DNA from: Xylanibacter ruminicola 23
Lineage (GTDB): Bacteria; Bacteroidota; Bacteroidia; Bacteroidales; Bacteroidaceae
DNA: 32,000 nucleotides
Direction: 5' to 3'
NCBI RefSeq assembly: GCF_000025925.1
Contig: NC_014033.1
Location: 2,190,001 to 2,222,000 of the forward strand
Shown piece after piece: positions 27,235 through 32,000 of this stretch. Within the stretch, counting starts at the first letter, position 1, and every line of letters starts with the position of its first letter. The position numbers and the translations under genes are program-made. Below the pieces are notes generated by a model. It had not been told where the DNA came from and made no database searches. It was given only the letters and a program-made list of their open reading frames with translations.

Positions 27235-27387
27235 CTACTTCGCAAGAAGTTCTTCGATTTTCTTTATGAAGTCTTTTGATGTCTGGATTTGATCTGCCAG
27301 GTCTTTTTCAGAAATGTCGTAAGCACAGTTGTAATCTGCTTTTTGACGTAACTGCATCATTCTTGCAAGGAAACCTTCAGCTTCCAT
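27235..27387 (-). CDS. Mini-HEPN-like ORF (50 aa), possibly a truncated toxin partner of the MNT gene
   Basis: MEAEGFLARMMQLRQKADYNCAYDISEKDLADQIQTSKDFIKKIEELLAK. It resembles only the C-terminal half of HEPN domains (the R..aDY region). Its ATG lies 2 nt after the MNT stop. It is too short to appear in the ORF track. Confidence 0.45.
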   Translation of the reverse strand: MEAEGFLARMMQLRQKADYNCAYDISEKDLADQIQTSKDFIKKIEELLAK

Positions 27388-27389
27388 AA

Positions 27390-27707
27390 TTATACCAGAA
27401 CTATGCCATCACGAGTCACATTCTCGTAGAATGGGGTAATACGATATGATTCCCACTCTTTAGTAGTGTACATGATGGGGTTGATTTCTTGACCTAAGTC
27501 GCAGCCTAATAGGACAAACGGATAACTGACATTGTCGTAATCAGATTGGTCAAGGGTGTCCTTATCTAATAGAATAAGGATATCCCAATCTGAATCTTTA
27601 TGAGCATCACCTCTGGCTCTTGAACCATAAAGGATGGCCTTACCACCTTTGGGAATAGTAGAGGCGGCTGTCTGCTTTATCCGTGTTAATGCTGCTCTTG
27701 TAGTCAT
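27390..27707 (-). CDS. Nucleotidyltransferase-domain protein (MNT-type antitoxin-like)
   Basis: 105 aa with the pol-beta NTase motif LYGSRARGDAHKDSDWDILILLD. Confidence 0.8.
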   Translation of the reverse strand: MTTRAALTRIKQTAASTIPKGGKAILYGSRARGDAHKDSDWDILILLDKDTLDQSDYDNVSYPFVLLGCDLGQEINPIMYTTKEWESYRITPFYENVTRDGIVLV

Positions 27708-27726
27708 AACTTCTTAACTTTCGCTG

Positions 27727-27734
27727 CAAAGATA
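27727..27734 (-). promoter_or_regulatory. -7 promoter box for the MNT gene (TATCTTTG on minus strand)
   Basis: Exact TAnnTTTG 20 nt upstream of the ATG at 27707. Confidence 0.55.
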
Positions 27735-27777
27735 CGATATGTTAGCGAAAAATGCAAATAAAATCGAAAAAAAATAT

Positions 27778-27785
27778 TATCTTTG
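27778..27785 (+). promoter_or_regulatory. -7 promoter box (TATCTTTG) with no protein gene downstream
   Basis: Exact TAnnTTTG, back-to-back with the MNT promoter. The next plus-strand landmark is the terminator at 27895. Confidence 0.5.
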
Positions 27786-27791
27786 CGGCGT

Positions 27792-27932
27792 ATGACGCGT
27801 GGTTTAAGTCCCGGTCTCCTATGTCGTATGGGGCTTATCACTCGTATGAACCTGACACGATTAGCACGAGGGATAGTGTGGTGAAGGAGATGATCATCCG
27901 AGAGCCTTTGTGCTCTCGGATGAATGTTTTTT
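27792..27932 (+). ncRNA. Candidate small RNA (~140 nt) bounded by a promoter box and an intrinsic terminator
   Basis: The promoter box lies at 27778. The terminator is CATCCGAGAGC-CTTTGT-GCTCTCGGATG + AATGTTTTTT at 27895-27932. It carries three TCGTATG/GCGTATG motifs. No family was recognised. Confidence 0.4.
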
Positions 27933-28233
27933 AGCGGGGGAGGAGATGCTCGCGCAGCTCACTGATGAGCTCTTTAAACAGCTGCTCCTGTCGCTCGGGA
28001 TTGTCGTCGTAGTGCGACAGGATGTCGCGCCAGATTTCGATCTGCTTACTGGTTTTTAACTCGAAGTCCGAAGGAAGTTTACCTTTTTAGGCTCCATTAA
28101 TACAGCCATGGCCCAGATTGTACTGGGCCTCTTTGGCACGGTGCATGCGGTAGAAAGTCGTGTGGACCTTCTCCAGCACCTTGACTGTCAGAGCGTGCGC
28201 TGCTGACAGTGGATCTAAATTGTACTTCTTCAT
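27931..28233 (-). pseudogene. 100-codon reading frame interrupted by one in-frame TAA (codon 49)
   Basis: It reads MKKYNLDPLSAAHALTVKVLEKVHTTFYRMHRAKEAQYNLGHGCINGA*KGKLPSDFELKTSKQIEIWRDILSHYDDNPERQEQLFKELISELREHLLPR*. The stop lies at 28087-28089. The second half has no start codon of its own. Confidence 0.45.
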
Positions 28234-28270
28234 CACGTTTTTTACGTAATTGTGTTAATAATTATATATT

Positions 28271-28290
28271 GTGTCCTGACTATAGGACAC
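28271..28290. promoter_or_regulatory. Palindromic operator candidate in a divergent promoter region
   Basis: GTGTCCT-GACTAT-AGGACAC, between the ATG at 28233 (minus) and the ATG at 28400 (plus). Confidence 0.4.
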
Positions 28291-28317
28291 TATTTTGTTA
28301 GCCTGCCGGAATCTTTT

Positions 28318-28325
28318 TACCTTTG
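28318..28325 (+). promoter_or_regulatory. -7 promoter box (TACCTTTG)
   Basis: TAnnTTTG match about 75 nt upstream of the ATG at 28400. Confidence 0.45.
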
Positions 28326-28399
28326 TTTTGTCAACCGGTGACACTTTATATCAATAACGTTCAATCATCTAAAATATTGTGTTTAAATCACAAAAAACT

Positions 28400-29530
28400 A
28401 TGAACCAGGAAAATTTAAACCTAATCAAAAGCAGTTTGCCCCTTATGGGGCAAGCTGCAACCCCTTCAGCGAAGAAAATAATTTCGATGCAGGATTTGGA
28501 TGAGTTGCAATCGGGTCGTATCACCCCTGAGATGGAACTGCCACCTATGCAGCCGCTGTTTTCGATCCATGGAGTGCCTTGCTTTTATCGTGGCGAGCTG
28601 ACTGCTGATTGTGGTAAGGCAAAGAGTGGCAAGACTACCTTCCTGTCGATACTGATGGCGGCTACCATCAAGCGACAGACACTGGCGCTGGAACGACTGA
28701 CCGACGAGCCGCTAAAGGTGCTCTGGATTGACACAGAGCAGAGTCAGCAGAGTACGCAGGAGATACTGAAAGAGCGAATCATGCCCCTGGCAGGCGTGGA
28801 CAAGCTTGACGATACGCAGTTTTTTGCCTTCAACCTGCGAGGTGTTGGTTTTGAGAAGCGTGGAAGAATGGTGGATGTGGCTATCCGATCGATAAAACCT
28901 GACATTTGTATTATCGATGGTGTGAAGGATCTGATGACTGATATCAACGATGCTGTACAGGCTACGCTGATTATGGAGAAGCTGATGGAGCTGGCTAAGG
29001 AAATGAACTGTTGCATCGTGTGCGTGTTGCACCAGAATAAGAGTGAACAGGATCGCAACATGCGTGGCTCTATCGGTACCGAACTTACCAACAAGGCTTT
29101 CGAGGTGTTTCAGTGCTCGATACTGGGTGATGATGAGACTTTTAAGGTGGAACAGACTTATAGTCGCAAACGAAAAATTAAGCAGAATTTTTATTACACC
29201 ATTAATAAGGATGGCTTGCCTGAGGCTTGTGCCAACTATCACGAACAGCCACGCGATGCGCAGGGACGATTTATGAGCATGAAGCAGGATATGAGTGCTG
29301 ATGAGGTTGATAAACTGTTAAAAGTTTTCGTAGATGCTTTTGAGGGTCGTTCGCAACGCCGTTTTAATGAGCTGATGGCTGTGGCATTGAAGAAATGCGG
29401 CGTGGCTGATGCTGCGACCTACTATGCCTACTTGGCCAAGGCTGAGGATGCGGGGGTTGTGCGCAAGATGGAGCATCCCGAAACGGGCGAGACTTGGGTG
29501 GAATTGCTTGACAACACGTTGCCCTTTTAA
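28400..29530 (+). CDS. RecA-fold AAA ATPase (RepA/DnaB-C-terminal-like, mobile-element replication helicase candidate)
   Basis: Walker A is CGKAKSGKTTFL and Walker B-like is ICIIDGVKDL, followed by VLHQNK. The ATG at 28400 is preferred over the GTG at 28379. Confidence 0.7.
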   Translation: MNQENLNLIKSSLPLMGQAATPSAKKIISMQDLDELQSGRITPEMELPPMQPLFSIHGVPCFYRGELTADCGKAKSGKTTFLSILMAATIKRQTLALERLTDEPLKVLWIDTEQSQQSTQEILKERIMPLAGVDKLDDTQFFAFNLRGVGFEKRGRMVDVAIRSIKPDICIIDGVKDLMTDINDAVQATLIMEKLMELAKEMNCCIVCVLHQNKSEQDRNMRGSIGTELTNKAFEVFQCSILGDDETFKVEQTYSRKRKIKQNFYYTINKDGLPEACANYHEQPRDAQGRFMSMKQDMSADEVDKLLKVFVDAFEGRSQRRFNELMAVALKKCGVADAATYYAYLAKAEDAGVVRKMEHPETGETWVELLDNTLPF

Positions 29531-29546
29531 TTTAATTAATTAATTT

Positions 29547-29564
29547 AGCCCCTATAAAGGGGCT
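29547..29564 (+). terminator. GC hairpin embedded in a TTAA/TAAT-rich tract
   Basis: AGCCCCT-ATAA-AGGGGCT, flanked on both sides by about 20-35 nt composed only of A and T. Confidence 0.45.
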
Positions 29565-29613
29565 TAATTTAAATTTAATTTAATTATTAATTAATTATAA
29601 CCCGCACGAGCCG

Positions 29614-30321
29614 ATGAAGTGGAATGAGGTTTTCTGCAACACGTTTAAGGCTATTGGAGAAAGGTTGGCGCCTGAGATAGAACGGAGGGTGAACTTTATG
29701 TTGCCTTCGCTGCCGATGGTTGAGGCTTGCAGGGCCAGCGAGTTCGATTTTCTGCAGGTGCTGATAGGGCAGGGGGTGATAACCACAGAGCAGGCGCTGC
29801 ATGCAGCTGAGTGCTATCGGTTGGGTAAAACCAAGACCGGGCGAACCATCTTCTGGATGATCGACGACATGATGACGCCGCTGGATGCTCATATCGGTGA
29901 TGGCTGGCTGTCGCAGATGCTGAAAGCCCGCGAAGAGCTGCTGGCTTACTGGACTGTGAAGCACTGCCTGTTTGGACTGCATCTGGTGGATGGCTCCAAG
30001 CCGATAGGCATCGTAGAGTCGGAGGCTTCGGCAGTGATTCTGAGCGAGCTGTATCCTGAATGTGTTTGGCTGGCTTATGCCGTTAACTCGCATTTGGTGA
30101 TGGACATGCTGGCGCCGCTGCAGGGTAGCACGGTAACCATCTATCCGCGAACCGACCCCACGATGAGCAACTACGTGTTTTTTCTCGACTATGCCAAGCA
30201 AGCAGAACAGTATTACGACATCCGGTTGCGGATTGACAATACCTTGGAACTGCATGCCACCGAGGAACAAAAGCAACGGTGTATCGACATCGTGGATTTT
30301 GTACTTGATTCTGCGAGATAA
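29614..30321 (+). CDS. Toprim-like protein of Bacteroidales mobile elements (DUF6371-like, from memory)
   Basis: 235 aa with the blocks YRLGKTKTGRTIFWMID, HCLFGLHL, IGIVESEASAVIL, VTIYPRTD and LELHATEEQKQRCIDIVDF. The opposite-strand ORF at 29587-30276 is rejected as a shadow ORF. Confidence 0.6.
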   Translation: MKWNEVFCNTFKAIGERLAPEIERRVNFMLPSLPMVEACRASEFDFLQVLIGQGVITTEQALHAAECYRLGKTKTGRTIFWMIDDMMTPLDAHIGDGWLSQMLKAREELLAYWTVKHCLFGLHLVDGSKPIGIVESEASAVILSELYPECVWLAYAVNSHLVMDMLAPLQGSTVTIYPRTDPTMSNYVFFLDYAKQAEQYYDIRLRIDNTLELHATEEQKQRCIDIVDFVLDSAR

Positions 30322-30407
30322 TCAACTTGTTTTATCATCAAAATCAACTTACTTTTTATCTATAATCAAATTACTTTTCATCCACAATCAATATGGTAAA
30401 TTACTAC
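30320..30407 (+). repeat. Four phased 22-bp direct repeats (iteron/operator-like)
   Basis: AATCAA starts at 30320, 30342, 30364 and 30386. The units are AATCAACTTGTTTTATCATCAA, AATCAACTTACTTTTTATCTAT, AATCAAATTACTTTTCATCCAC and AATCAATATGGTAAATTACTAC. Confidence 0.8.
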
Positions 30408-30722
30408 AATAAGCATCTGTTTATCAGTAAGGCTAAACTGGCCGAACTGGCTGGTGTGTCGTATCGCACTTTTAACCGCTATCTGAAGACCCGCCAACAC
30501 ATCCTGGATGCCCTGGGGGTGAATCGCTATGCCAGGCTACTGCCGCCACAAGCCGTGAAGTATGTTTGTGAGGATTACTGCATCGATCTGCCACCAGAGC
30601 TGCAGGATCAGCGTGTGCTGCAGAGTCATCAGCTGTATCAGAAGGTGGTGCGTGAGTTGCAACTGACTACCTTTTTTGAAGGTAAATGGACCAAAATCAC
30701 TGAAATACCACCCGATTTCTAA
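30393..30722 (+). CDS. Small HTH-type DNA-binding protein (DUF4248-like, from memory)
   Basis: 109 aa starting SKAKLAELAGVSYRTFNRYLK, with LLPPQAVKYVCEDY. Its position before the HU gene is typical of this module. Confidence 0.5.
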   Translation: MVNYYNKHLFISKAKLAELAGVSYRTFNRYLKTRQHILDALGVNRYARLLPPQAVKYVCEDYCIDLPPELQDQRVLQSHQLYQKVVRELQLTTFFEGKWTKITEIPPDF

Positions 30723-30773
30723 TTATTTTCACGCTAACTTGCCGTAACTGGACAATGGCCTCTTGCAATACTG

Positions 30774-30781
30774 TACCTTTG
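30774..30781 (+). promoter_or_regulatory. -7 promoter box (TACCTTTG)
   Basis: TAnnTTTG match about 60 nt upstream of the ATG at 30842. Confidence 0.5.
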
Positions 30782-30841
30782 CATTGTCATTCCGGATGGC
30801 ACTAATGTTTATTCTTTAATGTTTAATGTTTAATCTAAATT

Positions 30842-31381
30842 ATGGTACGTTACATTTTAAAGCAAATCAAAATCACTGGCAACAAGTGTTTCGGTAGGTG
30901 GTTCGCCAAGAACGTGGTGGAGGAGACTATCGACCTGGATGCTCTGGCTGAGCACATGAGTACTCACAACTCGCCTTACTCTAAGGGTGTTATCAAGGGC
31001 CTGCTCACCGACATGATCGGTTGTATCAAGGAACTCCTGCTGGAGGGTAAGAACGTGAAGATCGACGACCTGGCCATTTTCTCTCTTGGTATCAAGAACA
31101 AGGAGATGGCGGAGAAGGAAGAGGACTTCACTGTATCTAAGAACATCAGCGGTGTGAAGCTGAAGGCCCGTGCCACTGGCGACCTGATGAGTAAGAGTCT
31201 TAACCTGGAGGCTACCCTGAAGAAGGCTACCTTTGTGAATGGTAAGCTAGCTACTGAGCCAAGTAATGGCGATGGTGGTAATACCAGCGGCGGTGGCTCA
31301 ACCAGCGGTAATGGTTCAGATACGCCAAGCGGCGGTGGTAACACCGGTGGAGGCGGTAACCATGAGCCTATCGGAGATTAA
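30842..31381 (+). CDS. HU-family (Bacteroidales HU_HIG-like) DNA-binding protein with Gly/Ser/Thr-rich tail
   Basis: 179 aa. The N-terminal domain starts FGRWFAKNVVEETIDLDALAEHMSTHNSPYSKGVIKGLLTDM. The C-terminus is low-complexity (GDGGNTSGGGSTSGNGSDTPSGGGNTGGGGN). Confidence 0.7.
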   Translation: MVRYILKQIKITGNKCFGRWFAKNVVEETIDLDALAEHMSTHNSPYSKGVIKGLLTDMIGCIKELLLEGKNVKIDDLAIFSLGIKNKEMAEKEEDFTVSKNISGVKLKARATGDLMSKSLNLEATLKKATFVNGKLATEPSNGDGGNTSGGGSTSGNGSDTPSGGGNTGGGGNHEPIGD

Positions 31382-31407
31382 ACTTAACCCTTAAAATTGT
31401 ATTCTAT

Positions 31408-31512
31408 ATGGTGAAAGTAAATTGGACCAATGTTGCTAAAGTCCTTAAATTCATCGCAACAGTTATTACTGCAGTCCTGGGAACTATAGCTGTACAGTCA
31501 TGCGCACAGTAA
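31408..31512 (+). CDS. 34-aa small membrane/lipoprotein-like peptide (smalltalk-like)
   Basis: MVKVNWTNVAKVLKFIATVITAVLGTIAVQSCAQ. It has a single hydrophobic helix ending in SC, lies between HU and the amidase, and overlaps the amidase start by 13 nt. It is below the ORF-track size cutoff. Confidence 0.55.
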   Translation: MVKVNWTNVAKVLKFIATVITAVLGTIAVQSCAQ

Positions 31513-31937
31513 ACCTAATTATCATCCATTGCAGTGCCACTCGCAGCAACCGACGCTTCACCGTCAAGGACCTCGAGAGCTGTCACAACGCCCGATTCCA
31601 CAACAAGGGCATAGGCTATCACTACTACATTGAACGCGACGGACAACTCTATGCCACCCGCGACGAAGACGAGATTGGCATGCACGCCCGACACTACAAT
31701 GCCCACAGCATAGGCATCTGTTACGAAGGCGGATTAAACGAGAAAGGCCAGGAGGCCGACACCCGTACCCCAGCCCAGAAACAAACGCTCATAGCATTGC
31801 TACGTAGTCTGAAAGTTGACTACCCCGATGCCGAGATCATAGGTCACCACGACCTTCCCTGGGTAACAAAGGCCTGTCCCTGTTTCGACGCCCGCACCGA
31901 GTACCAGCACCTACAGCCATTAGCCTTAGAGCAGTAG
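31500..31937 (+). CDS. N-acetylmuramoyl-L-alanine amidase (amidase_2 / PGRP fold)
   Basis: 145 aa with IIIHCSAT, GYHYYIERDG, SIGICYEGG, GHHDL and KACPCFD. Confidence 0.85.
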   Translation: MRTVNLIIIHCSATRSNRRFTVKDLESCHNARFHNKGIGYHYYIERDGQLYATRDEDEIGMHARHYNAHSIGICYEGGLNEKGQEADTRTPAQKQTLIALLRSLKVDYPDAEIIGHHDLPWVTKACPCFDARTEYQHLQPLALEQ

Positions 31938-31950
31938 TAACCATAAAAAA

Positions 31951-31990
31951 TCCCTCAGCTTGTGATAAGCTGAGGGATTGAATTGTTTAT
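31951..31990 (+). terminator. Rho-independent terminator after the amidase gene
   Basis: TCCCTCAGCTT-GTGAT-AAGCTGAGGGA followed by the T-rich TTGAATTGTTTATTT. Confidence 0.7.
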
Positions 31991-32000
31991 TTACACATGA

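Noticed and set aside
27795-27825. GGTTTAAGTCCCGG resembling a tRNA T-arm (possible att-site remnant)
   Set aside because: The T-loop is TTT, not TTC. The stem pairs poorly, and there is no tRNA body upstream (only a promoter and an A-rich tract). No integrase is in the window to support an att site.
27752-27934. 60-aa plus-strand ORF
   Set aside because: It starts upstream of the TAnnTTTG box that would drive transcription here, and it runs through the terminator hairpin.
29587-30276. 229-aa minus-strand ORF
   Set aside because: It is a shadow of the plus-strand toprim-like gene, whose product has conserved family blocks. The minus-strand product is Arg/His/Gln-rich and low-complexity.
1-32000. 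CRISPR arrays, rRNA genes, transposases, integrases, reverse transcriptases
   Set aside because: None was seen. The only regular short repeats are the 22-bp phased array at 30320, which is too short and has no spacer structure, and the junction motifs.

Overview
This is a Bacteroidales-type chromosomal window, probably Prevotella/Segatella-like. That inference rests on the many TAnnTTTG -7 promoter boxes, a PorQ-like T9SS gene, a DUF3098-like gene and overall gene content. No database search was possible. Positions 1-21.3 kb form a dense housekeeping block. It holds a GH3 glycosidase 3' end, a PAP2 phosphatase, a PreA-like flavoprotein, a VanX/DdpX dipeptidase, an Lrp regulator, an ExbB-ExbD-ExbD cluster, tRNA-Ser(GGA), TatD, a polyprenyl synthase, TonB, PorQ-like, cmk, a FadL-like OMP, folK, queA, truB, uppP, DUF3098, ftsX and a radical SAM gene. 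Positions 21.3-27.2 kb are an Rhs/YD-repeat polymorphic-toxin locus on the minus strand. It contains a full-length Rhs with an unrecognised 191-aa tip and a TM-anchored immunity candidate. Upstream of it lies a 5'-truncated orphan Rhs fragment with a different 204-aa tip and its own immunity candidate. Downstream of it lies a 30-codon remnant of another Rhs-like signal peptide. Positions 27.2-32 kb are accessory or mobile-like. They hold an MNT nucleotidyltransferase plus a mini-HEPN ORF, an orphan promoter-terminator RNA unit, a nonsense-interrupted ORF, a RecA-fold ATPase, a toprim-like protein, an HTH protein preceded by 22-bp phased repeats, and a HU / 34-aa small protein / amidase triad. 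Two things stand out. (1) A 29-nt GC-rich imperfect palindrome occurs in three copies, exactly at the truncation points and outer edges of the Rhs cassettes. (2) A cobalamin-riboswitch-like aptamer with its own intrinsic terminator has no downstream same-strand gene and points antisense into the dipeptidase gene. No CRISPR array, rRNA, transposase or integrase was seen.
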